Origin: a virus
Taxonomy: Duplodnaviria; Caudoviricetes
Virus record (IMG/VR): IMGVR_UViG_3300032309_001984
Location: 1 to 56,263 of that record
Strand: one strand, 5' to 3'
DNA: 56,263 bases
This document shows positions 9,096 to 18,223 of this stretch, piece by piece (positions within the stretch are counted from its first letter, which is position 1; every line of letters starts with the position of its first letter). The notes beneath the pieces were generated by a model. That model was given only the letters and a program-made list of their open reading frames with translations, was not told where the DNA came from and ran no database searches. The position numbers and the translations under genes were made by a program.

Positions 9096-9853
9096 TTATA
9101 CAAATTATTGGATTGCCAGGATCTGGAAAAACAGAACTTGCAAAGGCACTAAAAGAACGAATTAACGCTATTCATCTTAACGCAGATGAGGTTCGTGCAA
9201 CAGTCAATTCAGATTTAGGGTTTACACCAGAAGATAGACTTGAGCAGGCTCGTCGTATGGGTGAGATGGCTCGCCTAATTGCTAAGCAAGGCGTTGCTCC
9301 AGTAATCGTGGATTTTGTATGTCCAACAGATCTAACTCGTGTAGCATTTGGTAAGCCAGATATTTTGGTATTTATGGACACCATTGCAGAAGGTCGCTTT
9401 GAAGACACTAACAAGATGTTTGAACGACCAACAGAGTTTGATGTATCATTCATTAGCCATAACTTAGATGCAGAAGCAAAAGCATCTCACATTATTAATA
9501 AGTTTAGTCTTCATGATTGGTCTGCACCTACAACACTTATGCTGGGTAGGTACCAGCCATGGCATGAAGGACACCATGCCCTTTACAAAGAGGCAGGGAA
9601 GAGAACAGAGCAAGTACTACTGGGAGTCCGTAATACATACAACACAAGCGAAAAGGACCCACTTACTTTTGATCAGGTAAAGGGTTATATTGCTAAAGAT
9701 GACTTCATGGATGGTGCATTAGTACTAAGACTTCCTAACATTACTAACATTGTTTATGGTCGTGATGTAGGATACAAGATTGAGCAAGTGGACTTGGGGG
9801 CAGACATTCATGCTATTTCGGCTACTGAAAAACGCAAGCAAATGGGTATTTAA
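9092..9853 (+). CDS. Adenylylsulfate kinase-like domain fused to an HxGH nucleotidyltransferase domain
   Basis: GLPGSGKT P-loop and NADEVR; C-terminal GRYQPWHEGH and ISAT. Confidence 0.8.
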   Translation: MIIQIIGLPGSGKTELAKALKERINAIHLNADEVRATVNSDLGFTPEDRLEQARRMGEMARLIAKQGVAPVIVDFVCPTDLTRVAFGKPDILVFMDTIAEGRFEDTNKMFERPTEFDVSFISHNLDAEAKASHIINKFSLHDWSAPTTLMLGRYQPWHEGHHALYKEAGKRTEQVLLGVRNTYNTSEKDPLTFDQVKGYIAKDDFMDGALVLRLPNITNIVYGRDVGYKIEQVDLGADIHAISATEKRKQMGI

Positions 9854-9918
9854 TTACTTAGAAGAGTCTGGTCGCCTAATGAACGAAGCAGAAGAGCGAC
9901 TAATGTTTGGGGACAAAG

Positions 9919-10122
9919 ATGAGCGTAAAGAAAAGTAGATCATTTGTTAAGTCTTTAACATGGAGAGTTGTCGCAATGGTTTCAGGGTTTGTAACTCTTT
10001 ATGCTTTGAGCGAAGATATTAGTCTGGCTACTGTTGCTACACTAATAACCAATGGGGTTAACTTTGTGGCATACTATTATCATGAAAGAATTTGGAATGC
10101 TGTTGGGTGGGGCAAAGAATGA
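9919..10122 (+). CDS. DUF2061-like membrane protein
   Basis: RSFVKSLTWR ... YYHERIW. Confidence 0.8.
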   Translation: MSVKKSRSFVKSLTWRVVAMVSGFVTLYALSEDISLATVATLITNGVNFVAYYYHERIWNAVGWGKE

Positions 10123-10322
10123 CAGTAACCAAGGCTAGATCATTTGCTAAGGCATTAAGTTATCGCATATGGGGAACACTTTCTTCCTTTGTAGTAGCAT
10201 ATGTTATAACAAGAAGCGCAAGTCTATCAGGGGCTATTGCCTTTTGGGAAACGGTAGTTAAAGTATTTATCTACTATGCACATGAGCGTGGATGGAATAA
10301 AGTTAAATGGGGAAGAAAGTGA
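10119..10322 (+). CDS. DUF2061-like membrane protein
   Basis: RSFAKALSYR ... YYAHERGW. Confidence 0.8.
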   Translation: MTVTKARSFAKALSYRIWGTLSSFVVAYVITRSASLSGAIAFWETVVKVFIYYAHERGWNKVKWGRK

Positions 10323-10651
10323 TGGATGAGTTTGACATAGTCGATAGGCTTATTCTTAATGGTGGTCTAGAATTTGCTGGAATAGACAAAGAAACAGGCC
10401 AAGGTCTGTATAGACCAACAGAAAAACTAAAAGATATAGATCCTAACCTTAGTAGCGAAATGTCTATTTACTTTTCTGAAACTACAATGAAATTGTGGGA
10501 AAAAGGCTTTATTGATATGGATGTAACTTCTGAAGATCCATTAGTAAAACTTGCCCCAAGATCTTTTAATGTATCAGATATAAAAACCCTTGATGCCAAC
10601 GAAAGAGTTATTTTGGAAGAAATTATTAGAGTTCTTTCTGGTAAAAAGTGA
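10322..10651 (+). CDS. Hypothetical protein
   Basis: ORF translationally coupled to the upstream gene. Confidence 0.7.
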   Translation: MDEFDIVDRLILNGGLEFAGIDKETGQGLYRPTEKLKDIDPNLSSEMSIYFSETTMKLWEKGFIDMDVTSEDPLVKLAPRSFNVSDIKTLDANERVILEEIIRVLSGKK

Positions 10652-10666
10652 TACAATTGTATAGAG

Positions 10667-11095
10667 GTGATTATTTTGAATAATATCTATGGAGCCATAC
10701 TTGCTACACTTTTATCGATATCTCTTCTAATTATATACTTAATGATTCAAAACAACAAAAATAAAAAAAATACAAATATTATAAGTCAATCAATGTTGCA
10801 CTATAGGTATAATTATTCAAAAAAATATTCAAGAAAACTAAAGACAAAAAGACAGTCTATAAATCAGTATAATGAAAATAATGTAAAAGTTATTATTCTT
10901 GACAATGAGGCTTATTGGATCAAAGGAAATGTTTTTTATAAAGCGCCAATTGTAAACAATAGCATAGATAAAGATAGTACACAGCAAGTTGACACAATAA
11001 GTATGGATAGGGTACAATTAGATAAGATGCTTTTTATAATGGATAAACTAAGAGAAGGGGCAAGCGATGATCATAGGAGTTCAGGGGACGAGTAG
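10667..11095 (+). CDS. Hypothetical membrane-anchored protein
   Basis: N-terminal TM helix; TGATACAAT promoter upstream. Confidence 0.65.
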   Translation: MIILNNIYGAILATLLSISLLIIYLMIQNNKNKKNTNIISQSMLHYRYNYSKKYSRKLKTKRQSINQYNENNVKVIILDNEAYWIKGNVFYKAPIVNNSIDKDSTQQVDTISMDRVQLDKMLFIMDKLREGASDDHRSSGDE

Positions 11096-11417
11096 TTTTG
11101 AAAACTATAACATATTCCTTAGAGCAATGGCTGTTGCGCTTTCTGAGTTATTAGACGAAGACAAAGAGTTTTACATATACTCTGCTGGGCCAAATAACAT
11201 TAACATGATGGCTATGGAGTTTTCAAATTTATCAGAAAGAGGAATGAAGTCTCGTGGAAAAACAATAAAACTTTTTAAGGTTACTCCACAATGGCTAGAA
11301 GAAAATGTTAAAAGTTTAAATCATTTTGCATTTTTATCTAATCCAAAAGAAAGTGTTTCAAAGATTGTACATATATCAAAACTAAATAACATTAATACAA
11401 ATGTTTATACATTTTAA
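11067..11417 (+). CDS. Hypothetical protein (possibly SLOG/YspA-like)
   Basis: MIIGVQGTSSF..Y start resembles YspA-like folds; weak. Confidence 0.55.
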   Translation: MIIGVQGTSSFENYNIFLRAMAVALSELLDEDKEFYIYSAGPNNINMMAMEFSNLSERGMKSRGKTIKLFKVTPQWLEENVKSLNHFAFLSNPKESVSKIVHISKLNNINTNVYTF

Positions 11418-11463
11418 TAAATAGCAACTAACTACGGTTGCTAACAAATAGAACGGAAAAACA

Positions 11464-11676
11464 ATGAAAATAATTAATTCTTTAGATACTATGGAATCAA
11501 TAGTAAAGAATAATCGTCAACTGTCTTGGAATGGCTGGACTGTGGTTGAAACCTTTCCATCAGAAAAAGCATTTTACTCAAAGTTTGGCATATATAAAAA
11601 CAATAAGTGGCAAATGAAAAAAGAATTTGTTCCTTCAAGTCAAGGGTGGGAAATTCCAGATAAGTATGTGATCTAG
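11464..11676 (+). CDS. Hypothetical protein
   Basis: ORF in a co-oriented gene run. Confidence 0.65.
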   Translation: MKIINSLDTMESIVKNNRQLSWNGWTVVETFPSEKAFYSKFGIYKNNKWQMKKEFVPSSQGWEIPDKYVI

Positions 11677-11958
11677 ATGAATAAATATAAATGGAAAGAC
11701 AAAGCAGTATGTTTAGACTACGACACAAATCTATTTTTTGAAAAGTATGAAGATGATGAACTTCTTAGGCCTGCAATAGATGCGCTATGCTCTTCTTGTT
11801 CAGTAAGAAAAGAGTGTTTTTCTGTTGGAATTTCTGGAAAAGAGTGGGGAGTTTGGGGTGGTGTATACTTAGAAAATGGAGAAATATCTAAAGAGTTTTC
11901 AAGTCACAAGAGCAAGAATGACTGGGGATTAACTTGGCAGTCATTAACGATGGAGTAA
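11677..11958 (+). CDS. whiB: WhiB-family Fe-S transcription factor
   Basis: W...A.C ... C..C.V..EC ... GVWGG. Confidence 0.9.
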   Translation: MNKYKWKDKAVCLDYDTNLFFEKYEDDELLRPAIDALCSSCSVRKECFSVGISGKEWGVWGGVYLENGEISKEFSSHKSKNDWGLTWQSLTME

Positions 11959-11959
11959 T

Positions 11960-12199
11960 ATGTATACTGATGCAATGAAACGTGCTTTTAGATCTATTCA
12001 TTGTCCCAAAAATTTTTCTTTAGAAATAGTTGACAATGATAATTTTATTACTGTTAAAGCAAAGGAAAAAGTTTTTATGTCACTTGAAACGGTGGAGTTA
12101 AAAAGACAGGCTATAGAGTATATGATTCGTGTCAAAAAAGCACTAGAGGATAATGGTGCAATTGTTCTTTTAGTAAGAGAAGGTGGGAAAGAATTATGA
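11960..12199 (+). CDS. Hypothetical protein
   Basis: GGAG SD, coupled ORF. Confidence 0.7.
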   Translation: MYTDAMKRAFRSIHCPKNFSLEIVDNDNFITVKAKEKVFMSLETVELKRQAIEYMIRVKKALEDNGAIVLLVREGGKEL

Positions 12200-12594
12200 T
12201 TGAGTCAGTCTTAGTGGGAGTACTTTCATTCTCTACATTGTTTTTTTTGTTATTATATATGATACAAATAAAAAAGAATCGTGCAATTCTTGCAAACACC
12301 ATAAGGCTTTTACTGATGCAAGACTCTATGAATGGCGAAAACAAAACAGATAAAGAAAAAGCAGATGAAGCATTTTTAAAATTTGTTTCAGATTCTAGAG
12401 ATTGGGCATATTCTTATATTGATTCTGTTCAGGAAGAGATTAATAGTTTTATTACTATTGTAGGTCCAGACATAGAATACCTTGAGGCATATAAACCACC
12501 AATTATTTCGGAAGAAGCCACAAATAGGCTTTTTGTTGGGTATAAAAAAATAAAGGCTCTGTTGCCAGACGACTATGGTAAAATAGATACATGA
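12196..12594 (+). CDS. Hypothetical membrane-anchored protein
   Basis: N-terminal TM helix. Confidence 0.65.
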   Translation: MIESVLVGVLSFSTLFFLLLYMIQIKKNRAILANTIRLLLMQDSMNGENKTDKEKADEAFLKFVSDSRDWAYSYIDSVQEEINSFITIVGPDIEYLEAYKPPIISEEATNRLFVGYKKIKALLPDDYGKIDT

Positions 12595-12755
12595 TAAAAT
12601 TCAAGTCATACGAAGACCTAGCATATGATGCTTTCTATTCATGCCATGTAGTTGGGTGTGAACTTGAAGCAGAAAAAATATATGGAGCAGCAACAAAAAT
12701 TGTTGATGTATGTTTAAACCATTACAACGAATTATCAGAAAAGGAATATCAATGA
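12591..12755 (+). CDS. Small hypothetical protein (C...C ... C..H)
   Basis: Read by hand: MIKFKSYEDLAYDAFYSCHVVGC...VCLNHY; ATGA overlaps at both ends. Confidence 0.55.
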   Translation: MIKFKSYEDLAYDAFYSCHVVGCELEAEKIYGAATKIVDVCLNHYNELSEKEYQ

Positions 12756-12910
12756 AAGATGTTATCCTATCAATACTAACAGGTTTTGGGTGTGGCGTAG
12801 TATTTGCTGCATTCAAATTGCCAGTACCAGCACCACCAGTTTTTGCGGGAGTCGCAGGAATTATTGGTTTATGGATTGGTTTTACAGTACTAACTAAATT
12901 CATATCCTAG
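12752..12910 (+). CDS. XapX/DUF1427-like membrane protein
   Basis: G..F....LPVPAPP...G..GI.G signature. Confidence 0.75.
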   Translation: MKDVILSILTGFGCGVVFAAFKLPVPAPPVFAGVAGIIGLWIGFTVLTKFIS

Positions 12911-12920
12911 GAGGAATAAA

Positions 12921-13193
12921 ATGAATACAACACAACTAAAGGCAATGCTTGCATCTTACGGACGATCAGTCCTTGGCGCTGCAATTGCACTATACGCTTC
13001 AGGCGTAACAGATCCAAAGACACTTGCTTACTCATTGCTTGGAGCCATTGTGCCCGTGGCATTGAGAGCAGTCAACCCTAACGATTCGGCATTTGGCAAG
13101 TTGCCATCTGTTGAAGAAGTAGAAAGAGCAGTTAAGACTGCAAAGGTAGTTAAGAAGGCTCCTGCTCGCAAGAAGGCAGCAGCAAAGAAGTAA
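12921..13193 (+). CDS. Holin-like two-TM membrane protein with basic tail
   Basis: AGGAGG SD, two TM helices, NPND..FG, K/A-rich C-terminus. Confidence 0.55.
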   Translation: MNTTQLKAMLASYGRSVLGAAIALYASGVTDPKTLAYSLLGAIVPVALRAVNPNDSAFGKLPSVEEVERAVKTAKVVKKAPARKKAAAKK

Positions 13194-13205
13194 ACAATTA
13201 GATTA

Positions 13206-13236
13206 GCAGGCTAGGGTATTTGACTAGCCTGTTTTT
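13206..13236 (+). terminator. Rho-independent terminator
   Basis: CAGGCTAG/CTAGCCTG stem followed by TTTTT. Confidence 0.75.
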
Positions 13237-13282
13237 CTATGCTATAATATTTATACCTGCCCAAATTTGGGGGGTATATAAC

Positions 13283-13305
13283 TTATTCGCTTGAAAGGGG
13301 AATAA
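13283..13305 (+). promoter_or_regulatory. SD-occluding hairpin, ROSE-like RNA thermometer candidate
   Basis: TTATTC-GCTT-GAA-AGGG-GAATAA contains UCGCU opposite the SD of hsp20. Confidence 0.45.
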
Positions 13306-13306
13306 C

Positions 13307-13708
13307 ATGGTAGAAACAATGCTGGGTCTTTTAGATGATCCATTCTTTAATCGATTCAATCAAACAGTAAGATCAACACAAAATAATTATCCTCCATACA
13401 ACCTAGTTAAGGTTGGCAATGATGTATTTGTTTTGGAGTTTGCGCTTGCAGGGTTTGATAAGAGTCAAATATCAGTTACATTAGACAATAATAAACTCAC
13501 AGTTAATGGACAAAGATCTGATATTGAAGAAGATAATTCAGTAACTTACCTTCACAAGGGTATTGCTGCAAGAAAATTCTCAACAACCTTTAATTTGCCA
13601 GAATATATGGAAATTGTTTCGGCAATTTTTAACAATGGAATTTTAGAAGTTAGTCTTGAGAAGCAGATTCCTGAAGATAAAAAGCCAAAAACTATTGAAA
13701 TTCAATAG
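13307..13708 (+). CDS. Small heat-shock protein (Hsp20/IbpA-like)
   Basis: YPPYN, ALAGF, YLHKGIAARKF, NGIL. Confidence 0.95.
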   Translation: MVETMLGLLDDPFFNRFNQTVRSTQNNYPPYNLVKVGNDVFVLEFALAGFDKSQISVTLDNNKLTVNGQRSDIEEDNSVTYLHKGIAARKFSTTFNLPEYMEIVSAIFNNGILEVSLEKQIPEDKKPKTIEIQ

Positions 13709-13714
13709 TATAAT

Positions 13715-13838
13715 GGATAACATTCCGCTATGAGACTTTAAAAGGTTTTACAACGGATGCTCGATGAAAAGAGAGTCAGCAGGCTGAAACCCGTGGCTGA
13801 TAGACCTGAGCAGTCGTCTATAAACTGCTTTCATTTTT
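13715..13838 (+). ncRNA. Candidate structured small RNA ending in an H-type pseudoknot
   Basis: Follows TAGTATAAT -10 box; stems CATTCCG/CGGATG, TCAGC/GCTGA, TAGAC/GTCTA plus GAGCAG/CTGCTT; ends in a T run. Confidence 0.4.
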
Positions 13839-14417
13839 TGTAAAAGCAAAAATAGTAATAGCGTATCTTGTTCCATTGTAAATATCCCTAACACCATGAG
13901 TATATTCTTCTGTTCCTGGGTGAATTACAAGGTCTCCACATTTAGGTTTATACTCAATTTCTAGTTTTGGATAGTAAAGTTCTCCACCATCATAGTCATC
14001 GTTTAAATAAAGAACCAATCCATAGTGAGTATTTGTTTCTAAATTTTCTGGGCTATCATCAAAGTGTGTTGGCATTCCTTTATCAGCAGAATAAATTAAA
14101 TTTTCAATTCCAGTTAAATAAAGATTTTCTTCAGATATTGTTTTTAAAATATTATTAATTTTATTAACTATATTATTTTTATTTAATAAATAAATCTTTG
14201 CAATATCTTTTATGTCTTCTTTTTCAGAAATTGTTTCAATATTCTGCTCAGTTGGTAGTTGTATAAGCCTATTATTAAAATATTCAGAAGATATTCCTTT
14301 AGGTTTATGCATTTGCTTTTCTTTTTCAATATAATTAAATATTGATTGAATTTCATCTTTAGATAAAAAATTATTTATAACTATTATTTCGTTATTAAAT
14401 GGTTTATTTATTTCCAT
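13818..14417 (-). CDS. 2OG-Fe(II) oxygenase
   Basis: HFD, YLNDDYDGGE, HGV...RY. Confidence 0.9.
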   Translation of the reverse strand: MEINKPFNNEIIVINNFLSKDEIQSIFNYIEKEKQMHKPKGISSEYFNNRLIQLPTEQNIETISEKEDIKDIAKIYLLNKNNIVNKINNILKTISEENLYLTGIENLIYSADKGMPTHFDDSPENLETNTHYGLVLYLNDDYDGGELYYPKLEIEYKPKCGDLVIHPGTEEYTHGVRDIYNGTRYAITIFAFTKNESSL

Positions 14418-14419
14418 TT

Positions 14420-14995
14420 TTATCTTGTCCACCAAGAAAGGCTATACCTAGTAGATCTCCTGACTTCATTAACACCATGCTCATATTCTTTATTTCCAGG
14501 GTGCATTACTAGAGACCTTGCAATGGGTTTAATAGATATATTTTTATTAGGATAAAATATTTCTCCACCATCGTAATCATCATTTATGTATACAACAAAA
14601 CCATGAGTAATTATCTTTTCATTTGGATTGTATTGAGGATGCTCTGGATCTATTTCATCTGTGTGGACGCCAAGGCCAGGACCAATTCTGCGGGATAAAG
14701 AGTTAATAGGAAGGTATTCAAAGTCTGATATACCATAGTATTCAGTAAAGATTGATTCAGATCTTTTCTGTATAGAATCAAGCAAATCCCTATAATACCA
14801 ATAAGAACTTTTTAGGTTATCTGGCTCTATTCTTAGTTGGTTTCCATACCACTCTTTAAGCCCATTTCCATCGTTCGATCCTTCCCATAGGCTTGGATCA
14901 TCTTTGCCAAGTTTATTAAATATCTCTACTTCTTCTTCTGATATAAAATCTTCTACAACTACTATTTCATTTTCATAAGGTCTGTATATCTTCAT
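14420..14995 (-). CDS. 2OG-Fe(II) oxygenase
   Basis: HTD, YINDDYDGGE, HGV...RY. Confidence 0.9.
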   Translation of the reverse strand: MKIYRPYENEIVVVEDFISEEEVEIFNKLGKDDPSLWEGSNDGNGLKEWYGNQLRIEPDNLKSSYWYYRDLLDSIQKRSESIFTEYYGISDFEYLPINSLSRRIGPGLGVHTDEIDPEHPQYNPNEKIITHGFVVYINDDYDGGEIFYPNKNISIKPIARSLVMHPGNKEYEHGVNEVRRSTRYSLSWWTR

Positions 14996-15037
14996 ATATT
15001 CATTATACACTATTAGATATTGTGCTATAATTATAAA

Positions 15038-15586
15038 ATGATAAAAGAAGGCGACTTTGTTATGGGATCAACCTCTGAGGGGGTTGTACATGGCGTTATA
15101 GAGCACATAATGACTGAGGGTGGGATACTTGGTACACCTGGATCAGAATATGCTTTGGTTTCAATGCCACCAGAAAATCCAGCAATGTCAGTTAGAATAC
15201 ACAAAGAAGAAAACGGTACATGGAAGCCAACAGCATACAGTATTGGCATGATGTATAAGGATGCTGAAAAAGCAGATATGGATAATCACTCAATGGATTC
15301 AGAAGTTGCTATGGCAATGTACGACTCATCAATTGGTAAGGCCTACGAAGGTTGTGGCTGTCCAATGTGCAAAGAACTAAATGTAACCTGTGAAGAATGC
15401 CCACAGTGTCAGGCTGGAGAGATGAAGTCGGATTGCTGCGGTAATGTAAATAAGCAAGCACCTTGTTGGGATGGATATGTCCAAAGAGGAATGAAGCCAG
15501 GGGCAGATGGAAAGCCAGTACCTAACTGTATTCCAGTTGCTAAGTCAGACAGTTGGATTGATTCTCCATTTAGGATAGTAAAGTAA
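15038..15586 (+). CDS. Hypothetical protein with Cys-rich segment and CWDGY...VPNC motif
   Basis: TGCTATAAT leaderless promoter; CWxGY...VPNC module common in large phages. Confidence 0.7.
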   Translation: MIKEGDFVMGSTSEGVVHGVIEHIMTEGGILGTPGSEYALVSMPPENPAMSVRIHKEENGTWKPTAYSIGMMYKDAEKADMDNHSMDSEVAMAMYDSSIGKAYEGCGCPMCKELNVTCEECPQCQAGEMKSDCCGNVNKQAPCWDGYVQRGMKPGADGKPVPNCIPVAKSDSWIDSPFRIVK

Positions 15587-15714
15587 TGCCAAAGAAAAAA
15601 GCAGCAGCATTTAATCCTATTCAGATTAAAGATGGATGGATTGTTAGATTATATAAAGATGGTCGCATTAAATCTAAGATTGCACCATACGAACCAAAAC
15701 ATCCTAAAAAGTAA
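15586..15714 (+). CDS. Small basic hypothetical protein (42 aa)
   Basis: MPKKKAAAFNPIQIKDGWIVRLYKDGRIK...; TAATG coupling. Confidence 0.55.
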   Translation: MPKKKAAAFNPIQIKDGWIVRLYKDGRIKSKIAPYEPKHPKK

Positions 15715-15750
15715 TATTGGATAGTTTTAAGTCATACCCAGGACTATTAA

Positions 15751-15885
15751 TTACTTACGTTTAATAAAACTAAACGCTTTTTCTCTTACATTGTTTGTAG
15801 CCTGCTTGAATCCATAAGCATAAGATCCAATCATTAATCCAATGATTGCTGTTGAATGTGCTAAATAAAACATTGCGCTTCTCAT
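15751..15885 (-). CDS. Small membrane peptide (44 aa)
   Basis: AAGGAG SD inside the katG end; MRSAMFYLAHSTAIIGLMIG... Confidence 0.5.
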   Translation of the reverse strand: MRSAMFYLAHSTAIIGLMIGSYAYGFKQATNNVREKAFSFIKRK

Positions 15886-17949
15886 TTACTTGCTCTCCTT
15901 AACAAATAGGTCTGCGTTCATAACCTTTGTCCATGCTGAAACAAAATCATGAACAAACTTTTCCTTCGCATCGTCTGATGCATATACTTCAGCAATCGCT
16001 CTTAATTCCGAGTTAGATGGAATGATAAGATCTACACGAGGGACATTGATTGCATTCTCTGGATTTGTAAAAGATAGAAGTCTGACTAAATAAGTATTAC
16101 TTAACTCGTTATACTTTAACATTCTCATTCCAGATAGCAACAAAACCATTTCTACTGGGTTTAGACCTAAAAGGTTTGCCTTCTCTACCAAAAGAACCTC
16201 TGCTGGAGCAGTGATACTTGGATCAATGTAGTTACGGAAAGCATCAAACTTTGGCTCAAGAACTGAAAATGAATCAACATCTGTCTGCTCTTGTGTTGCA
16301 TCTCCACGACTAAACTTAGCATTAATAATTACACCAATACCAGAATTATGTGCAGCAAGTTGGACACCAACGCTACCAGCAAACACGATAAGGTCTGCAA
16401 GTGATACGCCAAACTCTTCCTTTAATGGATTCAACACAGCAACAACTCTGTCGATTGCGTCTTGATCATTTACTTCCCATGAGTATTGTGGCTCAAGAAC
16501 AATTCTTGCACCGTTTGCACCACCACGCTTGTCTGTCTTGCGGAATGTTGATGCAGAGGCCCAAGCAGTTGTTACTAAATCAGAAATTGAAAGACCAGAA
16601 GAACTTATTCTATCTTTAATTACATCAACTTCCTCTTGTGTTAGATCATCCTTTGTAACATTACCAATTGGATCTTGCCAGATTAGTTCTTCAGAAGGAA
16701 CTTCATTGCCAAGGTATCTTGAGATAGGTCCCATGTCACGGTGGGTTAACTTAAACCAAGCACGAGCAAACTGATCTGAGAAGTAGTCAAAGTCTTCAAG
16801 GAATCTGCGTGAGACCTTCTCGTACTCTGGATCAAAGCGTAATGCAAGGTCGGCAGTTGTCATAACTGGAGCATGGAACTTGCCCTCAACATGTGCATCT
16901 GGAACTAAATTAGCAGCAGACTCATCTGTTGGAATCCATTGTGTTGCACCAGCAGGAGACTTTGTTTGTGTCCAATCATACTTAAATAATAACTTAAGGT
17001 ATGAGTTGTCCCACTTAGTAGGAGTTGCAGTCCATGCACCTTCAATACCACTTGTAATTGTGTCTTCTGCATTACCCTTGCCGAATGAATTCTTCCATCC
17101 AAGACCAAGGTCTTCAAGTGGAGCAGCCTCTGGGTTTGGACCAACGTGTGAAGGATCTCCAGCACCATGTGCCTTACCAAATGCGTGTCCACCTGCAATA
17201 AGGGCAACGGTCTCTTCATCATTCATTGCCATGCGAGCAAAAGTTTCACGGATATCTCGTGCAGAAAGAACTGGATCAGGATTTCCGTTAGGTCCTTCAG
17301 GGTTCACATAAATCAAACCCATTTGTACTGCAGCAAGAGGATTTTCTAACTCACGATCTCCGCTATAACGGTTGTCTGCAAGCCATTCTTTTTCTGCACC
17401 CCAGTATGTATCATCAGACTCCCACACATCTGCACGACCACCAGCAAAACCAAATGTCTTAAATCCCATATTCTCAAGAGCAACATTGCCAGCAAGAATC
17501 ATTAGGTCTGCCCATGAAATCTTCTTACCATACTTCTGCTTGATAGGCCAAAGAAGTCTGCGAGCCTTATCTAAGTTACCATTGTCTGGCCAAGAGTTTT
17601 GTGGAGCAAATCTGTGTAGTCCTTCACCTGCACCCCCACGCCCATCAGTTGTTCTATATGTACCTGCAGAGTGCCATGCCATACGAATAAAGAAAGGACC
17701 ATAGTTGCCATAGTCTGCAGGCCACCAATCTTGCGAGGTAGTTAGAAGTGTATTGATGTCATCCTTAAGAGCATCAAGATCTAAACTATTAAACTCTTCA
17801 GCATAATCAAATCCATCTGACATTGGGTCAGACTTTTCTGAATGCTTTCGTAATCCTGACAGATCTAATTGATTAGGCCACCAGTCTTTGTTTGTATTTA
17901 CTTCTGTTATATAGGTTTGTCCAGTGTAGGGACACTTTGCTTCACTCAT
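15886..17949 (-). CDS. katG: Catalase-peroxidase
   Basis: [48 protein letters not shown]; start set at MSEAKCP. Confidence 0.97.
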   Translation of the reverse strand: MSEAKCPYTGQTYITEVNTNKDWWPNQLDLSGLRKHSEKSDPMSDGFDYAEEFNSLDLDALKDDINTLLTTSQDWWPADYGNYGPFFIRMAWHSAGTYRTTDGRGGAGEGLHRFAPQNSWPDNGNLDKARRLLWPIKQKYGKKISWADLMILAGNVALENMGFKTFGFAGGRADVWESDDTYWGAEKEWLADNRYSGDRELENPLAAVQMGLIYVNPEGPNGNPDPVLSARDIRETFARMAMNDEETVALIAGGHAFGKAHGAGDPSHVGPNPEAAPLEDLGLGWKNSFGKGNAEDTITSGIEGAWTATPTKWDNSYLKLLFKYDWTQTKSPAGATQWIPTDESAANLVPDAHVEGKFHAPVMTTADLALRFDPEYEKVSRRFLEDFDYFSDQFARAWFKLTHRDMGPISRYLGNEVPSEELIWQDPIGNVTKDDLTQEEVDVIKDRISSSGLSISDLVTTAWASASTFRKTDKRGGANGARIVLEPQYSWEVNDQDAIDRVVAVLNPLKEEFGVSLADLIVFAGSVGVQLAAHNSGIGVIINAKFSRGDATQEQTDVDSFSVLEPKFDAFRNYIDPSITAPAEVLLVEKANLLGLNPVEMVLLLSGMRMLKYNELSNTYLVRLLSFTNPENAINVPRVDLIIPSNSELRAIAEVYASDDAKEKFVHDFVSAWTKVMNADLFVKESK

Positions 17950-18066
17950 GAATTTCTCTTTCTGTTGTTTATGTATTACAAAAATTAGGAGGGTGTGGTG
18001 TTGCAACATAGGCTACATATGTTTCCCGACACATATAGGCTAACCACACCCTTACTACTATTATAG

Positions 18067-18139
18067 CACCCCTGGCAAGAATCGAACTTGCGACGCATGG
18101 CTTAGAAGTCCATCGTTCTGTCCACTGAACTACAGAGGT
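18067..18139 (-). tRNA. tRNA-Arg(UCU)
   Basis: Cloverleaf; anticodon loop CTTCTAA; T loop TTCGATT. Confidence 0.9.
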
Positions 18140-18140
18140 G

Positions 18141-18216
18141 TGGCTGGGCTGGCAGGTATCGATCCTGCGACATCCGAATTAACAGTTCGGCACTCTACCA
18201 TCTGAGTTACAACCCA
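18141..18216 (-). tRNA. tRNA-Asn(GUU), encoded CCA
   Basis: CCGAA-CTGTTAA-TTCGG anticodon arm; atypical T loop ATCGATA. Confidence 0.88.
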
Positions 18217-18223
18217 AAACTTA

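Noticed and set aside
16401-17704. Several plus-strand ORFs within katG
   Set aside because: Antisense shadows of a clearly conserved gene
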